From: a virus
Length of the DNA: 64,000 bases
Strand: one strand, 5' to 3'
Virus record (IMG/VR): IMGVR_UViG_3300022848_000014
Span: 1 to 64,000 of that record
The position numbers were made by a program, and so were the translations under genes. Positions 48,048 through 55,641 of the stretch are shown here, piece after piece (the first letter of the stretch is position 1; each line of letters starts with the position of its first letter). Below the pieces are notes generated by a model, which was not told where the DNA came from, did not search any database, and was given only the letters and a program-made list of their open reading frames with translations.

Positions 48048-49801
48048 GAAAAAAGTTAATTGAATTCGATAATGCCAAGGAAAAGATGGCTCTAGGGGCT
48101 AATAAACTGGCAAGGGCTGTTTCATGTACCCTGGGACCAAAAGGTAGGAACGTTGTGCTCTATCTTGAAGATGGCCGAATGCACACGACAAAAGATGGTG
48201 TGACTGTAGCACTCTTTACAAAGTTCTTTGATCAAATAGAAGATGCTGGTGCCACGTTCCTTCAGGATGCATCAAAGAAAACGGTTCACCAGTCAGGTGA
48301 TGGGACAACTACTTGTACACTCGTAGCCAATGCGCTCATCCAGCAAGGGGTGACATACCTCAAGGATAAGATGCACTCTGCTGTGGAGTACACAGATGGA
48401 ATTCAAAAAGCCTCTAGGAATCTAATCGAAGAGTTGGTGCAGGAGTCAATCGAAATCAATGGGGATTTAGATATGATTGAGAATGTTGCTAGGATAAGTG
48501 CCAACAACGATGCTGAACTAGGGAAAATCATCCGTGAAGCTATTGAGGCTGTGGGTTTAGATTCCATCATTCAGGCAGACGACAGTGGGGACAACACCAC
48601 TTCAGTTAAAGTAGTAGATGGAATGGAATTCCAAAATGGATTCAAGCACCCTTACTACATTAATGACCATAAGGGTCGGTGTGTGTTTGATGACAAGAGT
48701 GACAAGGTGAAAGTGATCATTATAGACAATGACCTTACGACACTGAAGCAAGTAATTATGATGATGAAGCATATTGGGGAGAACAACCTGAAGGCTGTCA
48801 TTGTATGCAATCAAATGATTGGTGAAGCAGATAGTGTAGCCCTTGTCAATGTCCAAAATAATGGGCTAAAGGTTTGTGTAGTCAATGCCCCAGGCATGGG
48901 GGACCGAAGACGGGCTTATCTCAGGGATTTAGGGATATTCACTGGTGCCACGGTAATCGGTGATGAAACGGGCACGGAGATCGAAAATTTCAAGCCAGAA
49001 TGGATGGGTACTTGTGAGAAGTTTGTGGCAGATGCTAAGACCTCCCGATTCATTATGGGGGGTAACGTTCCTGACGTTGTTCAGGGCGATATTGATTCTT
49101 TGAAATTAAAGATGGTTAAGCCTGGCCCAGAGAGTTCAATGGAAGCAAGGGCTAATTACACAAGGCAAAAGCAAGAAGTAAAGGATCTCTACGAAAAGAA
49201 GAAGTTGATTACAAATGAGATCGGAAGTATTGAGACTCAAATTGGTAATACAACAGATGCCTTTGCTATCAAGAAGCACAAAGAACGCATTCAGAGGCTC
49301 AAGGGTAAGGCTGCAATCATCTTAGTAGGGGCACAGACCACTCAAGAGCTTCGTCAAAAGAAAGATCGAGTAGATGATGCCATAAAAGCTACTCAAGCTT
49401 CAGTTGAGGAAGGAATCGTGCCTGGTGGTGGTGTCAGCTTCTATAATGCCATGAAAAGGGTAACGCTTAATGATCCTTATGCTGGTGATGAGACACCTGA
49501 GCAAATAGGTTACTACGCATTCCTAGATGTGATGTCTGAAGTTCTGATTAAGATTTGCGAAAATTCAGGGTATGACGTTGCCTCTACTATAGCAAAGATG
49601 GAAGCTCGGAAAGACATGCAATTTGGTCTTAACGCAAAGAGTGGTGAATTCTGCAACCTGATAGACGCAGGGATCATCAATCCTACTAAAGTTGATCGTG
49701 TAGCAATTGAAAACGCGACATCTTCAGCTTGCACAATGCTATTGTCGGAGTGTGTTATATACCCCGATCCTGAAGCATTTGAAGAGGTGCCCCAGCAATA
49801 A
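48044..49801 (+). CDS. groEL: Chaperonin GroEL
   Basis: TLGPKGRNV, TKDGVTVA, GDGTTT, APG.GDRR, KDRVDDA, EEGIVPGGG. Confidence 0.95.
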   Translation: MRKKLIEFDNAKEKMALGANKLARAVSCTLGPKGRNVVLYLEDGRMHTTKDGVTVALFTKFFDQIEDAGATFLQDASKKTVHQSGDGTTTCTLVANALIQQGVTYLKDKMHSAVEYTDGIQKASRNLIEELVQESIEINGDLDMIENVARISANNDAELGKIIREAIEAVGLDSIIQADDSGDNTTSVKVVDGMEFQNGFKHPYYINDHKGRCVFDDKSDKVKVIIIDNDLTTLKQVIMMMKHIGENNLKAVIVCNQMIGEADSVALVNVQNNGLKVCVVNAPGMGDRRRAYLRDLGIFTGATVIGDETGTEIENFKPEWMGTCEKFVADAKTSRFIMGGNVPDVVQGDIDSLKLKMVKPGPESSMEARANYTRQKQEVKDLYEKKKLITNEIGSIETQIGNTTDAFAIKKHKERIQRLKGKAAIILVGAQTTQELRQKKDRVDDAIKATQASVEEGIVPGGGVSFYNAMKRVTLNDPYAGDETPEQIGYYAFLDVMSEVLIKICENSGYDVASTIAKMEARKDMQFGLNAKSGEFCNLIDAGIINPTKVDRVAIENATSSACTMLLSECVIYPDPEAFEEVPQQ

Positions 49802-49838
49802 TTGAATGCAATTAGTTAAACCCTAAATACAGAGTAAA

Positions 49839-50102
49839 ATGCCAGAATTAGATAACGGTGAACCCCAAGCGTCAAGACCATTGACTTTTGGTGAGAAAGC
49901 AGTGGGACTAAGATTTAACCCAGGCGGTATGACTGAAGTAGATGAGTGCAAATCTATCTTTGCAGAAGCAATTGATCAAATGCATGATTTCCGAGAGTTG
50001 GAAAGCTCTACCAAAGGTCAAAAGCGTCATGCTTCTATTGCCATTACAGAACTTGAGTCAGCACAAATGAGAGCCGTTAAAGCTCTTACTTGGAAAGACT
50101 AA
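49839..50102 (+). CDS. Acb2/Tad1-like helical hairpin protein (candidate immune-signal sponge)
   Basis: GE..VG..FNP.G...V...K...A..ID ... R.ASIAITELE.AQM.AVKA pattern. Confidence 0.55.
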   Translation: MPELDNGEPQASRPLTFGEKAVGLRFNPGGMTEVDECKSIFAEAIDQMHDFRELESSTKGQKRHASIAITELESAQMRAVKALTWKD

Positions 50103-50108
50103 AGTAAA

Positions 50109-50181
50109 GCCAAGGCTCATTTGCAAATTGTCTTTCATTGTGGCGGGTAGTAGGAGAATCCTACGACAAATGGGTCTTGGT
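50109..50181 (+). ncRNA. Structured intergenic element, copy 1
   Basis: Closing stem GCCAAGGCTCATTTG/CAAATGGGTCTTGGT; second copy at 50676. Confidence 0.5.
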
Positions 50182-50185
50182 AAAT

Positions 50186-50292
50186 TCGGAAGTGGCGAAA
50201 TGGTAGACGCTATTAATAGGATGATGTTGGTGGAAAAGAAAAGCGCACCCAACTAAAAAACATCCATGTAGGTTCGAATCCTGTCTTCCGAA
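50186..50292 (+). ncRNA. tRNA-like RNA with expanded, non-canonical anticodon region
   Basis: Acceptor TCGGAAG/CTTCCGA, D-arm GCGAAATGGTAGACGC, T-arm GTAGGTTCGAATCCTGT; no 7-nt anticodon loop. Confidence 0.6.
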
Positions 50293-50332
50293 CTAATAAT
50301 CAAATAATTTATATTCATCTAAAAACCGCAAA

Positions 50333-50665
50333 ATGAACGAAGCAAAAATGTCAGAACCAGGATCAAGACAGACCTGTTCATCAGTATTACGTGATATTAC
50401 TGATTCAATAGGCCATACCCAAGATGTTCTAAACGAACTAGAGCGTAATATGGGTCAATTCTTTGACTCTTCCTCAGAAGATGATGCCAAAGGGCCCATA
50501 GCTGCAGAAGCAAAAAACTCCTTGAATGGTGAGACAATCCATGAGGTAGTGTTTGGTCATGGTGACAAGTTTTCTTTTCACACGCTAAACCAAATTGCCC
50601 ACTTAACTAGTACACAGTCGAGTCAATTGACAAGGATTATGGATCAAATAAACACGAACCTTTAG
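50333..50665 (+). CDS. Hypothetical protein
   Basis: ORF track; AAACCGCAAA leader. Confidence 0.65.
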   Translation: MNEAKMSEPGSRQTCSSVLRDITDSIGHTQDVLNELERNMGQFFDSSSEDDAKGPIAAEAKNSLNGETIHEVVFGHGDKFSFHTLNQIAHLTSTQSSQLTRIMDQINTNL

Positions 50666-50675
50666 TAAAACATAA

Positions 50676-50746
50676 GCCAAGACCCATTTGCTTTTTACAA
50701 ATTGTAACTCGGCATGGGAAACTCCCATTAGTAGGTGGGTCTTGGT
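50676..50746 (+). ncRNA. Structured intergenic element, copy 2
   Basis: Closing stem GCCAAGACCCATTTGC/GTAGGTGGGTCTTGGT. Confidence 0.5.
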
Positions 50747-50768
50747 AATTTTATAAACCACAAAAAGA

Positions 50769-51035
50769 ATGATTATTACAGCCAAACCAATTCGAATCGG
50801 TACTTCTGGGAGCAATGGTAAGTTCCGAAAAGAAGTTTCCTCATTGTACGACATTCATAAATGGATGAGTGAAAAGAGTGGTGAAATGCTAACGGTTAAG
50901 CTTAAGAAGAATCAACTTTTCTCTCAGCCCAAGACTCATGCCGAAAGCCGTGAACAAGAGTATGCGATAAGACACCACGCAAAAAATTTCAGATCGGCAG
51001 GAGAAGGTTTACGATCAAGCCCCTTTACTTTTTGA
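50769..51035 (+). CDS. Hypothetical protein
   Basis: ORF track. Confidence 0.55.
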   Translation: MIITAKPIRIGTSGSNGKFRKEVSSLYDIHKWMSEKSGEMLTVKLKKNQLFSQPKTHAESREQEYAIRHHAKNFRSAGEGLRSSPFTF

Positions 51036-51039
51036 GTAA

Positions 51040-51276
51040 ATGAATAATTCAAAAAACATATTAGAGTCTTTTGATTTTCTGGACGAGCTAGGTAAAAGCT
51101 GGTCTAAATCCAGAATGAATGAGCCTGGCAGGATTGTCAGAACATCTAAGGGTGTCATTGGGAGGATAGTAAACTCAGAGCCTTCAGTTACAAAGGGGAA
51201 AATAGCAGTCTATACCAAGGAAGATACTATCTTGTGTAGCCCTGACTCACTAAGAACAATTGGATTCATAAACTAA
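51040..51276 (+). CDS. Hypothetical protein
   Basis: ORF track. Confidence 0.6.
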   Translation: MNNSKNILESFDFLDELGKSWSKSRMNEPGRIVRTSKGVIGRIVNSEPSVTKGKIAVYTKEDTILCSPDSLRTIGFIN

Positions 51277-51277
51277 G

Positions 51278-51496
51278 ATGAACGAGGATCACTTTGAATT
51301 TATAGAGTATCGGATGTCCATTATTGATGGTCTAGTCAGGAAAATAGCAGTTTACCGTGAGCGCCCAATTGTTGTGACTGGGAAGTTTATAGGGTTTAAA
51401 GAAATAGATTTTGATGAAATTGACCAGTTCCAAGACTCATGGACTGAAGAAGAGAAAGAATTATACAATCCAAACCACAATAATCTAAAACGCTAA
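51278..51496 (+). CDS. Hypothetical protein
   Basis: ORF track. Confidence 0.55.
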   Translation: MNEDHFEFIEYRMSIIDGLVRKIAVYRERPIVVTGKFIGFKEIDFDEIDQFQDSWTEEEKELYNPNHNNLKR

Positions 51497-51942
51497 TGTC
51501 AACAGATGAAATTTATACTACTGGATTCCATGTAAAATCTTATGAAATCGTTACTGATTTTCTAGAGGAATTAACTTACAATGATCAATTTCACCCCGAA
51601 GGTGAGAGAACTGTTTTTGTCACAAAAACAAGGGAGGTTCCTGTTATTCTTTACAACACCGTTCTGTCTATAGACAAACCTGTTAAGGCTGGTAATCACT
51701 ATATGGAAATGGAGACTGAAGCACTCTTTATTGCTGTGGGGACGGAGCTAGTGAGTGTTAAACTCTTGAATGAAGTTGAATTGTTTGCTTATAGCTCTCC
51801 TGTTAAATTGGTGCTTGTTAGTTCACCCTTTGATGAAGCTGGCCAAGGATTACATCTTGGGGAAGAAGACATGCATTTGCGAGTACGTCCAATGTCACCA
51901 CTAGACTGCTTTCCTGGTCCCATACCTACTGAAGAAGATTAA
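51496..51942 (+). CDS. Hypothetical protein
   Basis: ORF track; TAATG coupling. Confidence 0.6.
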   Translation: MSTDEIYTTGFHVKSYEIVTDFLEELTYNDQFHPEGERTVFVTKTREVPVILYNTVLSIDKPVKAGNHYMEMETEALFIAVGTELVSVKLLNEVELFAYSSPVKLVLVSSPFDEAGQGLHLGEEDMHLRVRPMSPLDCFPGPIPTEED

Positions 51943-51964
51943 TCTACAATGATCGTTAATATCA

Positions 51965-52426
51965 ATGTACATATCAAAGAAAACAAGGGAGGTAGTCCGG
52001 TTGAAGTTTGGGGGGCTCTGCGCCTATTCTGGGACTGTATTAGAGAGCGATTGGCAAGTAGATCACCTTAAGCCTTTGATTAGGGGTTATGATGGAGCCC
52101 CACGGTTTCCTGAGAGGCATTCAATTGATAACATGGTTCCTTCTCAAAAAATCATTAATCATTACAAGGGAACACTCGATCCAGAAACCTTTAGGTCTTG
52201 GTATCTTGGGGGACTCCATGAGAGGCTGAAGAAACTCCCCCGAAAAACTAGGGTCAAGAACACAAGAAACAGGAAGAGGTATTTAAGGCGTGTTGCCTCA
52301 TTCTTTGATATTACACCTGACACGCCATTTTCAGGAATCTTTTATTATGAAATACATAAACCACAACATGGGACAATTAGAGGAAACACCAGAAGAAAAA
52401 TCAAAAAGATCAGCACAACTAATTGA
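51965..52426 (+). CDS. HNH endonuclease-like protein
   Basis: R..V..KFGG.CAYSG..L...WQVDH..P ... NMVPS....N.YK. Confidence 0.8.
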   Translation: MYISKKTREVVRLKFGGLCAYSGTVLESDWQVDHLKPLIRGYDGAPRFPERHSIDNMVPSQKIINHYKGTLDPETFRSWYLGGLHERLKKLPRKTRVKNTRNRKRYLRRVASFFDITPDTPFSGIFYYEIHKPQHGTIRGNTRRKIKKISTTN

Positions 52427-52694
52427 GATGGCCAAGCTGTATCTGCTTCAGATTGACGAAAATCACTTAGAATCAGTGTCAACCCAGCTACACACACAAG
52501 CATCTAGGCAGGAGTCAATGTCCATCATTAATATGCATTACTATCCAGAGAAGACGCAAATACTAAGAGCTCAGGCTGGTGCTTTGGGTGCTTTGTTGTC
52601 ATTTATTAGTCATCTCAAGGAAATCGATCAGTTGAAAAAGACCTTAGACAAAGCCAAGCAGGGTAGGGAGCAAATAGATAGATTGTTTTTGTAG
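52368..52694 (+). CDS. Hypothetical protein
   Basis: ATG after an AAACCACAAC leader. Confidence 0.55.
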   Translation: MGQLEETPEEKSKRSAQLIEMAKLYLLQIDENHLESVSTQLHTQASRQESMSIINMHYYPEKTQILRAQAGALGALLSFISHLKEIDQLKKTLDKAKQGREQIDRLFL

Positions 52695-52697
52695 TTC

Positions 52698-53003
52698 ATG
52701 CGTCACAAAGCCTATAAAACTGACTACAGTTGGCATTATCTTCAGATCAAGGAAAGATTGAAGAATGCTTTCATAAAGGATGGATTCAGTAGATCTTTTT
52801 ATGGTGATTACTTGAGTAAGGAAATACTCTATAGCCTCCTGTTTGAATTCAGAGTGGGTGATCCACCTAACTGTAGCTCTAGGGGCTCAAAGAAAGATTG
52901 GAGAGACTGGCATATTGTTCTTGAGACTCATGGGACTTGGCTCAAGTTTTATCAGTTCTATCTTTGTTCAGTTGATATTTATGAATGGAATAAAATAAAA
53001 TGA
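52698..53003 (+). CDS. Hypothetical protein
   Basis: ORF track. Confidence 0.5.
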   Translation: MRHKAYKTDYSWHYLQIKERLKNAFIKDGFSRSFYGDYLSKEILYSLLFEFRVGDPPNCSSRGSKKDWRDWHIVLETHGTWLKFYQFYLCSVDIYEWNKIK

Positions 53004-53015
53004 AAACAGAGCAAA

Positions 53016-53240
53016 ATGAAAAACAATAAAATTATAAGCAGTTTTAAATATTGGGCAATCACTAGAAAATGGTTGTGGCAAAGAGTCGTTTTTGATAATG
53101 GTGTTGTTGGCAGAAACTATCACAGATATGACCATATCTTGTATTCTTATTGTCAAGGAATGGGTGATAATGGAGAGTATGGAGGTATTAATACCGTAAT
53201 AAAATTACAAGTGGAATCATCTATGCGTAATTGTGCCTAA
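53016..53240 (+). CDS. Hypothetical cassette-type protein; stop codon lies inside site F
   Basis: Ends TGT GCC TAA(C). Confidence 0.6.
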   Translation: MKNNKIISSFKYWAITRKWLWQRVVFDNGVVGRNYHRYDHILYSYCQGMGDNGEYGGINTVIKLQVESSMRNCA

Positions 53241-53297
53241 CGGTTTGTATATGAAATCGGCTGACGATAGGAAGCTGTTTTATATACCGTGTTAGCC
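53235..53297 (+). mobile_element. attC-like site F
   Basis: GCCTAAC-GGTTTGTATATGAAATCGGCT...AGCTGTTTTATATACCGT-GTTAGCC. Confidence 0.75.
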
Positions 53298-53335
53298 ATC
53301 TGGCTGTGGTAAATTAAGAACTAAAATTAAATAGA

Positions 53336-53980
53336 ATGAAAATATTAATAGCTTGTGAGGAGAGCCAAGAAGTTTGTAAGGCTTTCCGAGAAATAGGATT
53401 TGAGGCTTATAGTTGCGATATGCAAGAATGTAGTGGTGGTAAACCTGAATGGCATATTGTAGGTGATGCAGTTGTAGAAGCGTATAGTGGTAAATATGAC
53501 CTTATGATAGCGCACCCACCTTGCACTTATATTAGTAGAGCTGGTGCAAGATGGATGTACCCAACAGCAGGAAATTTAAGCCAAGAAAGATTTAATAAAG
53601 CAATGGAAGCGAAGGATTTGTTTATGAAATTATTGAACGCTCCTATACCTTATATTGCTGTTGAGAACCCAACATTGTTAAAAGTAGTTGGATTGCCTAA
53701 ACAAAGCCAAGCGGTGCAACCTTATGAATACGGACACCCTTATAGTAAAAGAACTCTGCTGTGGATTAAAAATTTACCACTATTAAGCCCAACCAAAATA
53801 GTAAGCGAATATAAGCCGTACTTACCAAGTAATACAGGGGGCAAAAAACGAGGGCAGAAATATCAATTTAAGAACATAAGCCAAAAGGAAAGCAGTAAAA
53901 CTTTTAGCGGAATTGCAAAAGCTATGGCTGAACAATGGGGAAACTTCATTAAAAGCGATAATGTAGCAGCTTGTGGCTAA
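53336..53980 (+). CDS. Phage DNA cytosine methyltransferase-like protein
   Basis: ILIACEES, SCD, IAHPPCT, ENP, K.TLLW...LP, SKTF.GIA.AMAEQWG; stop inside site G. Confidence 0.8.
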   Translation: MKILIACEESQEVCKAFREIGFEAYSCDMQECSGGKPEWHIVGDAVVEAYSGKYDLMIAHPPCTYISRAGARWMYPTAGNLSQERFNKAMEAKDLFMKLLNAPIPYIAVENPTLLKVVGLPKQSQAVQPYEYGHPYSKRTLLWIKNLPLLSPTKIVSEYKPYLPSNTGGKKRGQKYQFKNISQKESSKTFSGIAKAMAEQWGNFIKSDNVAACG

Positions 53981-54042
53981 CGTGTTGTATATGATTAAGC
54001 GATAGCGACCCTTTTTAGGGTTAATTATATACGGTGTTACCT
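53975..54042 (+). mobile_element. attC-like site G
   Basis: GGCTAAC-GTGTTGTATATGATTAA...TTAATTATATACGGT-GTTACCT. Confidence 0.75.
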
Positions 54043-54068
54043 GCAGTACGGATTATTAAAAACGAAAT

Positions 54069-54773
54069 ATGAAAAGAAACAAAATATATTTAGGGGATTG
54101 TTTAGAGTTGATGCCTAAACACGTAGAAGATAAAAGCGTTGATATGATTTTTTGCGATTTACCTTATGGAACAACACAAAACAAATGGGATAGCGTTATA
54201 CCTTTTGAGCCACTTTGGGAACAATATAAGAGAGTTATAAAAGATAATGGAGCTATTGTGTTATTTGGCTCACAACCTTTTACAAGTGCTTTAATTATGA
54301 GTGAACCTAAAATGTTTAAATACTCTTGGTATTGGTTAAAAAATAGAGCTACTGGAGTTTTAAACTCTAAAAAACAACCGTTAAGAAATATTGAAGAAAT
54401 TTGTGTTTTTAATATAAAGAAATATAACCCACAAGGATTGATTGAGGTGAACCAACCAAGTAGAAACAGCAAGAAAGATTACGATAACTATGGGAAAGGA
54501 ACTAGTAAACAATACACTCAAAAATACACAAACTACCCAAAGCAATTGATTGAGTTTAATAGCGTGCAAAGAACAACGCACCCAACAGAAAAGCCATTAG
54601 ATTTAATTGAATATATGATTAAGACTTACACAAATGAAGGTGATTTGATACTTGATAATACTTGTGGAAGTGGAACAACTGGAAGAGGAGCGAAGAACTT
54701 AAACAGAGATTATATTATGATGGAGCAAGAAGAGAAGTATTATGACATTGCTTGTAAAAGACTACTAACTTAG
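54069..54773 (+). CDS. DNA N6-adenine/N4-cytosine methyltransferase (beta class), paralogue of 39207-40040
   Basis: GDCLELM, CDLPYG, HPTEKP, ILDNTCGSGTT. Confidence 0.92.
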   Translation: MKRNKIYLGDCLELMPKHVEDKSVDMIFCDLPYGTTQNKWDSVIPFEPLWEQYKRVIKDNGAIVLFGSQPFTSALIMSEPKMFKYSWYWLKNRATGVLNSKKQPLRNIEEICVFNIKKYNPQGLIEVNQPSRNSKKDYDNYGKGTSKQYTQKYTNYPKQLIEFNSVQRTTHPTEKPLDLIEYMIKTYTNEGDLILDNTCGSGTTGRGAKNLNRDYIMMEQEEKYYDIACKRLLT

Positions 54774-54779
54774 TATTGC

Positions 54780-54835
54780 AGGTAACACTAAGCTTCGTGC
54801 CGTTCTCTTCGAATGGCATTAAGCGACTGTTTAGC
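54780..54835 (+). mobile_element. attC-like site H (same body as site E)
   Basis: AGGTAAC-ACTAAGCTTCGTGCCGTTC...GAATGGCATTAAGCGACT-GTTTAGC. Confidence 0.7.
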
Positions 54836-54867
54836 ACCGTCTTTCGGAGTACTTACGGAGAAATATG
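54783..54867 (+). repeat. 85-bp inverted repeat, partner of 39112-39196
   Basis: 83/85 identity to the reverse complement. Confidence 0.95.
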
Positions 54868-54879
54868 GGTTTTAAAAAA

Positions 54880-54996
54880 ATAGCTCACATCTCCTGAGCC
54901 TGGGCCGACACCTCCCGCAGTTGTATGTTGTCGCCAGTTTCATGCTTCAGGTACCCTCCACATGACGCAGAATTCAGGCCCGGACATGTGAGCTAT
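54880..54996. other. GC-rich multi-stem structure between convergent operons
   Basis: ATAGCTCACAT/ATGTGAGCTAT 11-bp closing stem plus inner stems; T-run follows on the minus strand. Confidence 0.5.
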
Positions 54997-55005
54997 AGTG
55001 CAAAT

Positions 55006-55641
55006 CTAGCTTTTTATCCAATCTGAGCAAACATGTATTTCACTCTTATGTCTGAGTCGCATAAATACCCCATGGCCTTCTCGTGATCCTGCGCTATTGG
55101 TGTTCCCCTCTACTGTAAGGACGTACCCATCCCCGAAGTCCATTACAATTACCCCCACATGAGCCACACGCTTTAGTCTAGTGAAATAGAGTCCAAAAGT
55201 CCAACCTTGTTGGAATGTAATATGATCGCCATCGATACCCCTTTGCCAGACAATTTTATCTTTTGGAAACCAACAGGGACTCCATGCGGGACAGGACGGA
55301 CCTTCTAATCCTATACTCAGGAGTCCATAGTTTGCGAAGCAAGCACAATATGGGTTTCCAGGCTCAACTCCGCACCCATTGAAGAAAAGATCGATTAGCG
55401 GACCTCTATTGGAGGCGTTATCCTCTTTTGCCCCCAGATATGATTTCAGGGTATCCACATACCATTTTTCTGTGGGCCTGGGTACTGAGATGTCTAGGTA
55501 TACTGTGTCTCGGATGAATATACTATCCTTTTTCAAGGGCTCTTGGTATGTATCTGTTATAGTATGGCCGCTATCATTGCAGCCGCACAAAGAACAAAGA
55601 ATGCATAGATAGATAAGAAAAATAGGGGTCTTCTGAAGCAT
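55006..55641 (-). CDS. CHAP-domain endolysin with N-terminal hydrophobic/lipoprotein-like signal
   Basis: PYCACF catalytic Cys, AHVGVI, TVEGNT. Confidence 0.85.
   Translation of the reverse strand: MLQKTPIFLIYLCILCSLCGCNDSGHTITDTYQEPLKKDSIFIRDTVYLDISVPRPTEKWYVDTLKSYLGAKEDNASNRGPLIDLFFNGCGVEPGNPYCACFANYGLLSIGLEGPSCPAWSPCWFPKDKIVWQRGIDGDHITFQQGWTFGLYFTRLKRVAHVGVIVMDFGDGYVLTVEGNTNSAGSREGHGVFMRLRHKSEIHVCSDWIKS

Noticed and set aside
50186-50292. Canonical tRNA-Leu or intron-containing tRNA
   Set aside because: No 5-bp stem with 7-nt anticodon loop; the insert is far too short for a group I intron
39144-54835. Integron integrase or other tyrosine recombinase serving the arrays
   Set aside because: No ORF with recognisable R-H-R-H-Y motifs; the recombinase must be elsewhere or host-encoded
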